Notes: generated by a model from the letters alone, not told the origin. A stretch of 64,000 nucleotides of DNA from Eledone cirrhosa (GCA_964016885.1 OZ024746.1:15748001-15812000); one strand, 5' to 3'. Shown: positions 42,751 through 55,488, counted from the first letter of the stretch. Program-made: numbers and translations.

Positions 42751-44410
42751 AAATCAATAAAATATCTCAATATTTGCTGTATAGATTATATATACTTAGA
42801 TCCATGTATAGTTACACATCAAGCCAGTGTAGAGGTGAGATTCAGACAAGTCCAATTCAATTCACTTCACTTATTCAACTAATCTCCATGAGAATGGTAC
42901 AAATCTCTTCAAATTTCTTCCTCTCTGCTATATCTCTGACTCATTAAGTCTGTTGTATGGGGGAGGAAGAAGAAATATCTTTGATGCTGATCTTAATATC
43001 CTATTGAAATATATATATATATATTGCTTTCATATTTTGTCATAAGATTGATTTTTTTTTTTTTTTTTGTGGTGGCAGCAACAGCAGAGTGGTGTTGGTG
43101 GTGGTGGTGGTGGTGGTGGTGGTAGGCGCATTGGAAATGATGGTGGTGATGGTGGTGGTGGTGGTGGTGGTAGTGGTGGTGGTGGTGATGGTGGTGGTAG
43201 GGGTATTGGAAATGATGGTGGTTGTAGTGGTGATGGTGGTGGTGGTGGTGGTGGTGGTAGGGGTATTGGTGATGATGGTGGTTGTAGTGGTGATGGTGGT
43301 GGTGGTGGTGGTAGGGGCATTGGTGATGATGGTGGTTGTAGTGGTGATGGTGGTGGTGGTGGTGGTGGTGGTGGTAGGGGTATTGGTGATGGTGGTGGTG
43401 ATGGTGGTGGTGATGGCAGTGTTAGCAACAATGACAGTGGTGGTGGTGGTGGTGGTAGTGGCATTGGTGAGGGTGGTAATGATGGTGGTTGTGGTGGTTG
43501 TGTGTGTGTGTGTAGTGGTGGTGGTGGTGGTGGTGGTAGTGGTAGTGTTTGAGATGGCGACAGTGGTGGTAGTGTTAGTGGATTGGTGATGGAGATCAGC
43601 TACATATACACCATGTCTGTTTACATTTCAAAGCTGTCGTTCAGCTACCTAATTTAAGATGGTAAGAGTTCTCAAGACCCCTTGGCTTAATGGTTCAAAG
43701 TGCCTCGCTGATATCTGGGTCTCTAAGGAGCTTCACCAAATTTTATACCATATACCTTTAGATATAGGAAATTCACATACATATATGTATACAGCTATGT
43801 TGAAGCTAAATCTTAATTCTACTTTTAAGTTGAGACAACTATACTATGCAAATGAGGCTCTTCAGCCCATCTACACAGGTGAAAATACTATATATTCTCT
43901 GCTGTTTTCAACATCAGTAAAAGGCAGCAGGGAAGCACTGTCCCGATGAGAACCATTAAGTTCGAAATATGTATAGGCAGTTATCCCTCACTGATTCTGC
44001 TAGAATCCACTAGACGGCACTGTCCGTCAGCTGTTCAATATTCATAGATTGAATTTCAAAATGTTTATTTATTAAACATACCATATATCTTTAGATGTAC
44101 GAAATTCACATACATAATTGTTTCTACTATTGGCACAAGGCCAGCAATTACCCAGTACATTACTGGTACTTTATTTTATCGACCCTGTAAGGATGAAAGG
44201 ATGAAAGGCAAAGTTAACCGGGGGGGGGGGGGGGATTTGAACTCAGAATGGCAAGGGCCGTAACTCTATGCGTCAAAGCATGGCGTCCGACCCTCAACCG
44301 ATACTGTCAATCCACCATAATGTATATATATAGTTGTTGTAAGGTTGCAATAAATGTGTCTGTAGGCGGTTTTCTTGTTATCTACAATATATATATATAT
44401 ATATATATAT

Positions 44411-44591
44411 AAGTTTTAATATAGATGAGATTCTACAGGACTAGAACTGTTTCATTCTTTAGTGATGATTTCTAAAGAATGAAACAGTTCTAGTCCTGTA
44501 GAATCTCATCTATATTAAAACTTTTATACTCTGCAATGTATTGAGTACCTTACTTACTGTGGTTACCTCCGATTCAACCCGGAATAACGTA

Positions 44592-44593
<2 letters not shown>
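44411..44593 (+). mobile_element. Fold-back hammerhead-core element (family 1) in (TA)n
   Basis: ~52-bp inverted arms plus same tail as 28048-28118; different fold-back point. Confidence 0.65.
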
Positions 44594-44633
<40 letters not shown>

Positions 44634-44895
44634 TATGTGTTTCTACTTTAGGTACAAGGCCAGAAATTTGAAGGGGAGGGGAAAGTCAATTAAATCGACC
44701 CTAGTGCATTACTGGTGCTTTATTTTATTGACCCCGTAAGGATGAAAGGCAAAGCTAACCTCGGCAAGATTTGAACTTAGAACGAATGTATAGTAGTAAT
44801 AGGTAGGTAAGAAATCCGAGGTATAGAGACACTGAAGCCGATAGGGCAAGTTTGAATATAAGTAACTGGCCTTAATAATTATATATACACACATA

Positions 44896-45245
44896 TCATC
44901 ATCATCATCATCATCATCATCAGGTTTAGCGTCCGTGTTCCACGCTTGCATGGGTTTGGACGGGGGTTTTCCCACTTGAGGCAAGAGTGGTTGTCTTGCT
45001 CGCATAGGACTGTCTGGCGGGTTTTCTACAGTTGGATGCCCTTCCTAACACCAACCACATTTACAGTGTGGGGCTGGGAGGTTTTTACCGTGTTGCCTAC
45101 ACGGCCACATTTACAGCGTGGACTGTGTGTTTTTTGTCGTGACACCTACACGATCTCATTTGTTTCGGCCTGGATGGCGTGGCACCAACATAACTTTACA
45201 TAGAAGGGGGTGGTGTGGATGGGGTGGAGGTGGTGGGACGGGGGT
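44896..45245 (-). mobile_element. RTE LINE 3' UTR
   Basis: Reverse complement of ~12925-13272. Confidence 0.88.
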
Positions 45246-45264
45246 GTGTTATATATACAGTAAA

Positions 45265-45307
<43 letters not shown>

Positions 45308-45791
45308 TAAAAGTGTGTGTATATATATATATATATATATAGTAAATGTATGTATGTATGTATGTATACACACCATTTTATGTATGTATAATTACATCTT
45401 GAAAGAAACTATTCAGTCACAGTTGATGATACAACTGTCAGGAAGTTGGTGAAGCTTTAAATAAAGAAATAAGTCTGCCATTAGCCAGGATAATTATTTC
45501 CACTCAATATAACAATTGTGTAGCAGCAGCACCTCCAGCACTTTCAGCAACACCAGCATCAGCAGCACCATAAGCAGTGGAGGGCTTCAACTTTACTTTT
45601 ATCTACAATCCAACTGTGGAAGACAACCAGATATGAAATAAACTTAACTAGGCAGAAAGCAATAACCTGGTGTAACGATATTCTCTGGCACCCAACACCT
45701 TCCCTCCGTCTCTCTCGCTCCCTCTTCCCCCCCCTCTTTCTCTCTCTTGGATGTGTGTGTATGTGTATACATATATGTCTCTCTCTCTCTC

Positions 45792-45847
<56 letters not shown>

Positions 45848-46397
45848 TATATACATACATATGTATATATATATATATATCTTTGTACTGCTCTTTTTCT
45901 CTCACCATTGCTAATTTTTTATGTTGCTTTTCTCCTTTCTCTCGCTCTCTCTCTCTCTCTCTCTGTCTTTCCCTCTCTCATTATCTCTCTATCTATCTAA
46001 CGTTCTGATATAACTGCCCTCCCTCCAATCCCCCCCCCCACCTACAAATTGCAACCATCCACTAAAATTCCTCTTAAATCAGACCTAACTAAACATTTCA
46101 GTAAATTCTCAACCAATTTCCTATCAATTCTTTCATTACAGAATATTTTACTTTGTCTTGTTACAATGAAGGTTGGTAACCTAGTGGTCAGGGTGTTGGT
46201 TTTATGATTATAATGTTGTGGGTTCGATTCCTTGAATCAGTGATGCATTGTGTTCTTGAGTCAACTTAGTTGCAAATGAGTACCAGCAGTAGCTGGGGAT
46301 TAACCTTGTGATGAACTGGCGTCCTGTCCAGGGGGAAGTCTTTACTCCCAGTCATTTAATGCCAATGAAACATCAGACAGAAACACATCACCTATTT

Positions 46398-46650
46398 CTA
46401 CTATATAAAGAATCCCATATGCTAAACAGGGTCAATTCCTCTTCTACTATATAAAGGGACCTTTGTACCCAACAGGATTAAAACTTCACTCACTTTTTAT
46501 ATATAAAGAGTCCAGTTTGCCAGACAGGGTTAACTCATCTTCCACATTCACTATATAAAGGGTCCAGAGAAGCAACTCCTCTTCTGCAATCACTATATAA
46601 AGGGACCTTTATACCAGAGCTAGTTAACTCCTCACCAATATATAAAGGAT
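46398..46650 (+). repeat. Degenerate 42-52-bp array with conserved TATATAAAG core
   Basis: TATATAAAG cores near 46402, 46448, 46500, 46552, 46594, 46639, usually preceded by a TTAACTCCTC-like motif. Confidence 0.8.
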
Positions 46651-48234
46651 GCTGTAGCCCACAGTCACTAAAGCATCCTTTATGCCAAAGAGAGTTAACA
46701 TCTTACTAATGTTTAATTTTGAAACCACAAACTTGAAACAGCCTCTTAATAAAGTCTCCAAGACCAAAAGAATGGTTTAATATACGTTACATTCTTAGGA
46801 TTTACTCTTGAGATTTGCTCTTTCTTCAGGTTTCAGAAATGATGTTATTATTATAGAGGGTCGGACGCCATGCTTTGACGCATAGAGTTACGGCCCTTGC
46901 CATTCTGAGTTCAAATCCGGCCGAGGTTAACTTTGCCTTTCATCCTTACGGGGTCGATAAAATAAAGTACCAGTAATGTACTGGGTAATTGCTGGCCTTG
47001 TGCCTAAAATAGAAACAATTATTATAGAAGGCAAAGGAAGATAGATTGGTAGTAATCAAGGACCATGCTTTGTGGAATAGCGTTACCGTTCTTTATGTTC
47101 TAAGTTCAAATCCCACCAAGGTTAAGCTTTGCCTTTCATATTTACGGAATCAATAAAATAAAATACCAGTAATGCACTGAGGTTGATTTAATCGATTTTC
47201 CTCTCTCCCAAAGTTGTTGGCTTTGTGCCTAAATCAGAAACCATTATTAAAGAAGGCAGAAGAGTGGTGGATTGGCAGAGTCGGTAGAGCATCGGAAAAA
47301 AATGTTTTACAGCATTTAGTAACAACTTTCTACTTCTGAGTTCAAATCCTGCTGAGGTCAACTTTACCTCTCATTCTTCAGAGGTCGATAAAATAAAGTA
47401 CCAGTTAAGTATTGGGGGTTAATATAATTGACTCTTCCACCATCATCCCCACCATCACCACAACCACCACCACCACCACCACCACCACCACTACCACCAC
47501 CACCCACCACCGTCACTACCACCACCACCATCACCACCACCCACCACCATCACCATCACCACCACCACCACAACCACCACCACCACTACCACCACCCACC
47601 ACCATCACTACCACCCACCACCACCATCACCACCCACCACCATCACCACCACCACCATCATTCCCACTACCACCACCACCACCATCACCCACCACCATCA
47701 CCATCACCACCACCACCACCCACCACCATCACTACCACCACAACCACCACCACCACTACCACCACCACCCACTACCACCACCACCACCACCACAAAAATA
47801 ATTTGCTGGTCTTGTGACTGACAAATCATTATAGAAGGCAGGTATGGGCAGTATTCAGGTTTGCAAGATAAACAAAGTTAAAGAATTTACCAAAGATCTT
47901 CACAATGATTCCAATAAAACCTTCGACTTGATTATTCCTAAAGAGAACTATCCTGAATCTCAAATGACAGTTTGGTTTCATGTGATGGTTTGAAGGGTTA
48001 GTTGGTCTCAAGAATGGCTGCCTTCATGAGAATAACTGAAATGTCAATCACATGAGATAGTTTGCTGCTGATAATGTTGAGGTGTCACCAAAGAGGACAG
48101 ATTCCACACATAAATTCCTTACTGATTTATATTCTACACCTCAATGATGGTAAACCTTCACTCTTGGCAATGACATGTTAGATTTATGTGTGTGCGTGTG
48201 TGTGTGTGGGGGGTATGTGGACATGTAGGTGTGT

Positions 48235-48485
48235 GTCTGTTTATGAGTGTCTATGTGGACATGTACATAGACATGTAGGTGTGTGTGTGTATCTTATGTG
48301 GGTGTATGTGGACATGTACATAGACATGTAGGTGTGTGTGTTTATGAGTGTCTATGTGGACATGTACATAGACATGTAGGTGTGTGTGGTGTTTATGAGT
48401 GTCTATGTGGACATGTACATAGACATGTAGGTGTGTGTGTGTGTGTGTGTATCTTATGTGGGTGTATGTGGACATGTATGAGTGT
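48235..48485. repeat. ~48-bp minisatellite (TATGTGGACATGTACATAGACATGTAGG...)
   Basis: About five tandem units. Confidence 0.85.
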
Positions 48486-48802
48486 GTGTGTGCATATGTA
48501 GGTATATGTGAACATGTATGTGTGTGTGTGTGTGTGTGAATATGTAGGTGTATGTATAGATATTTGTGTATGGTGGGGGCATGTGGGAGTATATGTATGC
48601 ACATGTGTGCGTCTATAAGTAATAAGCTGTGTATTTCTATGAGACACAATAGAGAAGTGTGAAGTGAGCACCCCCCTCCCCCCCGTGCCCCCTTAAACAC
48701 CTCTATATCTCTATATCCTGCTGGTCAACCAGAGTTAACCACCTCACTCCACTGTCACACTCACTCCACCCGTCCCTTCAATCTATTTTATTTCTCATTC
48801 TT

Positions 48803-48838
48803 TCTTCTGATGAAGGACTAGCGTCCGAAACGTTAAGA
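48803..48838 (+). ncRNA. Minimal type I hammerhead ribozyme (family 2)
   Basis: TCTT-CTGATGA-AGGAC-TAGC-GTCC-GAAA-CG-TT-AAGA: stem I TCTT/AAGA, stem II GGAC/GTCC, palindromic ACGT in place of stem III. Confidence 0.75.
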
Positions 48839-48915
48839 CTCTCTTCCCGCTATTTCAAGCGTTAACCCAATATATTCCTTCCATATACTATACCGTTTGT
48901 GTTGTTATATATATA

Positions 48916-48977
<62 letters not shown>

Positions 48978-49048
48978 GCCCTTATTGTGCAGCCAACCAT
49001 GTTACTCTTCATTCTTTAACTATATATATACAAATATATATATATATA

Positions 49049-49260
49049 TCATCATCATCATCATCATCATTTTACGTCCGCTTTTCCCTGCTTGCAAGGG
49101 TGGGACGGGAACTGATTCTGGCTTGATTTCTACAGCTGGATGCCCTTCCTAACACCAATCTCATTTACAGTGAGTGCTTGGTGCTTTTTTGCCGTGGCAC
49201 CTCCACGACCACTTTGCAGTGGAATGATATGAACCCCAGTCCCTATCATCTCATTTCTAC
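49049..49260 (-). mobile_element. 5'-truncated composite SINE (RTE tail)
   Basis: Reverse complement of ~22993-23190; internally deleted sister at 49757-49981. Confidence 0.85.
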
Positions 49261-49385
49261 ATATATATATATATATAGAGGGCGATCGACTGAGGAAGAA
49301 GCTGCTAAATTGTCGGTCGCCCTCCTGTGTATGATTTTCAGCACCATGGATTTTATCTGTTATATTCGTTTGTTATATTTTGAAT

Positions 49386-49441
49386 TACCTGATGATGTCA
49401 CCGGATTCATACTGAACCCGGTCATTGAAATGATCATAGTA
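49386..49441 (+). ncRNA. Type I hammerhead ribozyme (family 3)
   Basis: TAC-CTGATGA-[TGTCACCGGATTCATACTGAACCCGGTCATT]-GAAA-TGATCA-TA-GTA; stem II ACCGG/CCGGT + TTCA/TGAA; palindromic ATGATCAT stem III. Confidence 0.7.
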
Positions 49442-49489
49442 TAATAAAACTTTCAAGGATTTACACCAGTCCAGCCTCCTGTTATTTTA

Positions 49490-49559
<70 letters not shown>

Positions 49560-49697
49560 ATATTAATAAATGGAAACTATATTTATAAAACCATATTTAA
49601 ATATAGTTTCCATTTATTAATATATTGTATATTTACTCCACTAATCTGTTGAGTGCTTTATATCAGTTATAAAAATGTTTAAATTAAATATAACCTC

Positions 49698-49736
<39 letters not shown>

Positions 49737-50206
49737 TATACTTATATATATATATATCATCATCATCATCATCATCATCATTTTACGTCCGCTTTTCCCT
49801 GCTTGCAAGGGTGGGACGGGAATTCTGGCTTGATTTATACAGCTGGATGCCATTCCTAACACCAACCTCATTTACAGTGAGTGGTGGGTGCTTTTTTGCC
49901 GTGGCACCTCCACGACCACTTTGCAGTGGAATGATAGGGACCCCAAGGCCAATGCTCCAACCACTAAGCCATCTGCCTCCATTATATATATATATATATA
50001 TATATAAGTATTGAAGTTTCCGTTGAAAATTGAAAAAGTCATAGGAGTGAAGAGTGCTCTATGTAAGTTACAGAGCTAAATTTAATGTATAATAAACAAT
50101 ACAATATAATTACCTCATTACCAGAGGTTTCCCGAATAAGACGAATACAAGAAATGTCCTCTTTCGTTCGTCAGAGGAGATTTCTCAAATATTTCACTAT
50201 GTTTTA

Positions 50207-50284
50207 AATTGCCTTGTCTGACGAACGAATGAGGACGTTTCTTGTATTCGTTTTATTCGGGAAACCTCTGGTAATGAGGTAATT
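50207..50284 (+). ncRNA. Complete type I hammerhead ribozyme (family 4)
   Basis: AATTGCCTTGT-CTGACGA-long stem II-GAAA-CC-TCT-GG-TA-ATGAGGTAATT; 11-bp stem I (3 G-U), predicted GUA cleavage after 50273. Confidence 0.8.
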
Positions 50285-50305
50285 ATATTGTATTGTTTAT
50301 TATAC

Positions 50306-50362
<57 letters not shown>

Positions 50363-50429
50363 GAGAGAGAGAGAGAGTGGTCTTAGCACTGCAGACTCTT
50401 TTTCGCTCTCTCTCTCTCTCTCAACACAC

Positions 50430-50464
<35 letters not shown>

Positions 50465-50614
50465 AGAGAAAGAGTGTGTGTGTGTGTAATCTATATATGT
50501 ATATATATAGATATATACTGTAGACAGATATAAGGCCTATGTAAAGTCAAAAATCTCAACAAAGCAACTAACATTTAATATGCAAATTAGATATATATGC
50601 ACAATTGCATACAC

Positions 50615-51084
50615 ATCATTATCACCACCACCACCATCGTCATCATCACTTTCATCACCACCACCATCATCATCATCACTTTCTTCACCATCAGGACCAC
50701 CATCATCATCATCACCACTATCATCATTATCACCATCAGGACCATCATTATCACCATCATCATTATTCTCACCATCACCACCACCACCATCATAATCACC
50801 ACCATCATCATCATCATCACCACTTTCATCATCCTCACCATCATCATCATCATCATCATCATCATCATTATCACCATCATCATCACCACTATTATCATTA
50901 TCACCATCATCATCACCACTATCATCATTATCACCATCAGGACCATCATCATCATCACCACTATCATCATTATCACCATCAGGACCATCATTATCACCAT
51001 CATCATTATTATCACCATCACCACCACCACCATCATAATCACCACCACCACCATCATCATCATCATCACTTTCATCAGCATCAC

Positions 51085-51115
<31 letters not shown>

Positions 51116-51123
51116 TTCCTCAT
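50615..51123. repeat. (CAT/CAC)n compound microsatellite
   Basis: Direct inspection. Confidence 0.95.
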
Positions 51124-51703
51124 CAATTTACATCAGCTTTTCCATGTTTGCAAGCCTATCTTCCCTCCTACACATAACCTCCCTTCATCCTCACTTCTAC
51201 GTGCCCCCTCACTTCTACGTGCCCCAGTGTCTTGAGATCAGCTCTCACCACATTCTACCCCACTATTTCTATGCACTCATATCCATAAATTACTTTCCAA
51301 AGTAGATGGATCAATGAGAATTAACTAGAAGCAAATTCATTTGAACCTACACAACTTTATAAAAACATATTCCTCTAAAATAGCAACAATATCATCAAAT
51401 GAGTATTTATTTACACAAGATTGCATTCTTCTGCATCTTTCTAGTGCATTATGCCAAGGTGCAGTCATTAATGCATCGCAAAATTTTATATTCAGTTTTA
51501 AGTAATTTGAAATACATCAACTTGTTTCAAATTATCATTTGAGGAAAAATATACAAACCAAAACATACTATATATATATATATATATACATTTATATATG
51601 TATGTATGCATATATATATATATATATGTACCGTCTAACCCATGCTAGCGTGGAAGATGGACGTTAAACGATGATGATGATGATGATGATGTATGTATAT
51701 ATG

Positions 51704-51734
<31 letters not shown>

Positions 51735-51765
51735 ATGTATGTATGTATATGTATATGTATGTATA

Positions 51766-51800
<35 letters not shown>

Positions 51801-52798
51801 GTGTAAACATAAATATATATATATATATATGTAAGCATATATATATATATATAAATATACATATAAATATATATATAAACATACACATAAGCATATATAT
51901 AAGCATAAACATATATATAAACATGTATATATAAATATATATAAACATACATTTAAGCATACATGTATATAACATATATATATAAGCATACATATAAATA
52001 TATAAACATATATAACCATATATATATATATAAACGCTGTATCAATTCAAAACAGCAACAAAAACAACTAACTTTTAATATGTAAATTAATGAATAGAAT
52101 TTTTTTTGTTAAATAAAACATTTTTTAAAATATTAAAACTTAACATTTTTGAAGAAGGTTAAACAGAGCAGAGTTTAATGATTTTTAAACTACAGCCAAA
52201 GATTTGACCGAATCATCTTTTTTTGATTGGTCATGGATGGTTAAATAAAGGATGGTGTGTGAGGGGCGGGGGAACTAAAAGAGATCAGTCTCATTTTTTT
52301 TGTAAAAAAAAAAAAGTTTTTTTTTAAATGGAACTTTCAAAATCTGCCAATAAAACAACAACAACAACAACAACAACAGTAATAGTAAAACAACAAAACT
52401 ACATAAAAACAACAACAAAAATACCCCCTGAAAGATTAAGAATTATAAACAACTAAATAAATAAATCAAAAATGGAAATATATACATTGTTGTTGCTGTT
52501 GTTGTTGTTTCAGTTTTCTTCTAATTTGTGCAGTGGGTGTTGAGAGAGAGAGAGAGGGAGAAGGGGAGGGGAGTGGGAGGGGAGGGGAGGGGTGAGGAAT
52601 CCTTTTTCTTTGAAAGGTGCTGAGTACATTGTGAGGAATTATTAATTTATTCATGAGTGCCAAGAACTGGCAAGAAATGAGTGAGAAAGAGAAGAAAAAG
52701 TCTTTAGATCTATTGAAATGAACGGCATCGATTTGGCTTGTTGACTTCCTTTGCCCTCTCGAGCAGATACTAGCCGTTACCATGGAAGGGAAACGGCT

Positions 52799-52799
<1 letters not shown>

Positions 52800-52829
<30 letters not shown>

Positions 52830-54452
52830 ACACCGTAGTAGCAATTAACAAACAACAACTACAACAACAACAGTATCAACATTAATAATATTACAACAGT
52901 AACAGCAATAATATTACAACAACAACAACAACAGTAACAGCAATAATATTACAACAACAACAACAGTAACAACAGCATTAATATTACAACAACAACAGTA
53001 ACAGCAATAATATTACAACAACAACAACAACAGTAACAACAATATTACAACAACAACAACAACAACAGTAACAGCAATAATATTACAACAACAACAACAA
53101 CAGTAACAACAATATTACAACAACAACAACAACAACAGTAACAGCAATAATATTACAACAACAACAACAGTAACAGCATTAATATTACAACAACAGCAAC
53201 AACAACAGTAACAACATTAATATTACAACAACAACAACAACAACAATAACAACATTGATATTACAACAACAACAACAACAACAGTAACAGCATTAATATT
53301 ACAACAACAACAACAATAACAACATTGATATTACAACAACAACAACAACAGTAACAACATTAATATTACAACAACAACAACAACAGTAAAGCAATAATAT
53401 TACAACAACAACAACAACAATAACAATAACAACATTGATATTACAACAACAACAACAAACAGTATCAACATTAATAATTGTTTCTACTTTCGGCCAGCAA
53501 TTATCCCAGTGTATTACTGGTACTTTATTTTATCGATCTCGTAAGGGTGAAAGACCCAACAACAACAACAACAGTAACAACAAGAAAGACGTTAGTAGCA
53601 ATTAACAAACAACAACAACAATGTGACCAGTGCAACAACAACAACAACAACAACGATAACTGCTGTAGTCATAGTAGCAATAACAACAATAGTAACAACA
53701 ACAACAACTGCAATAACAGTAACAACTATAATATTACAACAACCACAACAACAGGACATTGACAGATTAAGAGAAGGAGACAATTAGAACACACAATAGT
53801 AACAACAACAACCAACAACAACAACAACAATAACTACAACAACACCAGCCAACAATGCAGCAACATTATAACAATACAACAGCAATACAACAACAATACA
53901 ATAACAATACAATAACAATACAATAACAACAATACAACAGTAACTACAACTCTGATAACAACAACTATAACAACAACAACAACTATAACAACATTAACAA
54001 CAATAGCTAAACAACAACAATAACAGCAACAACAACCAACAACAATAACAACAACAACAACCAACAACAACAATAACTACAACAACACCAGCCAACAATG
54101 CAGCAACATTATAACAATACAACAGCAATACAACAACAATACAATAACAATACAATAACAACAATACAACAGTAACTACAACTCTGATAACAACAACTAT
54201 AACAACAACAACAACTATAACAACAACAACAACAACTATAACAACAACAACAACTATAACAACATTAACAACAACAATAGCTAAACAACAACAATAACAA
54301 CAACACAACAATAATTACTACAACAACTATAACAACAACACAACAATAATTACTACAACAACTATAACAACAACAACAACGACTACAACAACAACTACAA
54401 CAACAACTACAACCACAACAACTACAACAACAATAACTATAACAACAACAAT
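52800..54452. repeat. (AAC)n compound mini/microsatellite
   Basis: AATATTACAACAAC...AGTAAC units and AAC runs; SINE fragment at 53478-53555. Confidence 0.95.
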
Positions 54453-54529
54453 ATGTCAAAGAATTAGATCAATTCTAATAAAATTAAAACTTAAAAATGA
54501 AATATGTTGGTGGGGGTTAAAGTGTCTTT

Positions 54530-54590
54530 ACTACCACCACTACTACTACTACCACCACTACTACTACTACTACCACTACTACTACCACTA

Positions 54591-54643
<53 letters not shown>

Positions 54644-54665
54644 GCCACTACTACTACTACTACTG

Positions 54666-54720
<55 letters not shown>

Positions 54721-54789
54721 CACTACTACTACTACTACTACTACTGCCACTACTACTACTGCCACTACTACTAATACTACTACTACTAT

Positions 54790-54824
<35 letters not shown>

Positions 54825-55385
54825 GCACCACTACCACTACCACCACCACTACTACTACTATTACCACTACTGCCACCACTACTACTAGTAGTAGTAGTAA
54901 CGGTAGTAGTGGTAGTGGTGGTAGTGCTGATAGTGGTGGAAGTGATGTAGTAGTAGTGGTGCTAGTAGTATTGGTGGTGGTGGTGGTAGTAGTGGTGGTA
55001 GTAGTAGTGGTGGTAGTAGTAGTAGTAGTGGTGGTGGGGGTAGTACTTGTAGTAGTAGTAGTGGTAATAGTAGTAGTGGTGGTGGTGGTAGTAGTAGTGG
55101 TGGTAGTAGTAGTGGTGGTAGTAGTAGTAGTAGTGGTGGTAGTAATGTAGTAGTAGTAGTGGTGGTAGTAGTAGTGGTGGTGGTGGGAGTAATGTAGTAG
55201 TAGTAGTAGTGGCAGTAGTAGTGGTAGTAGTGGTGGTGGTGGTAGTAGTGGTGGTAGTAGTAGTGGTGGTAGTAGTAGTAGTAGTGGTGGTAGTAATGTA
55301 GTAGTAGTAGTGGTGGTGGTGGGAGTAATGTAGTAGTAGTAGTAGTAGTGGCAGTAGTAGTGGTAGTAGTAGTGGTGGTGGTGGT
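54530..55385. repeat. (CTA/CCA)n tract switching to complementary (TAG/TGG)n
   Basis: Polarity flips at CTACTAGTAG near 54886. Confidence 0.92.
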
Positions 55386-55446
55386 AAAGATCCTAATAAT
55401 TACTATGATAATCATTTTAAACTATTTTTTATTAGTGAGTGTGTGC

Positions 55447-55488
<42 letters not shown>

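Noticed and set aside
50587-51235. His-rich ORF
   Set aside because: (CAT/CAC)n microsatellite, open in multiple frames
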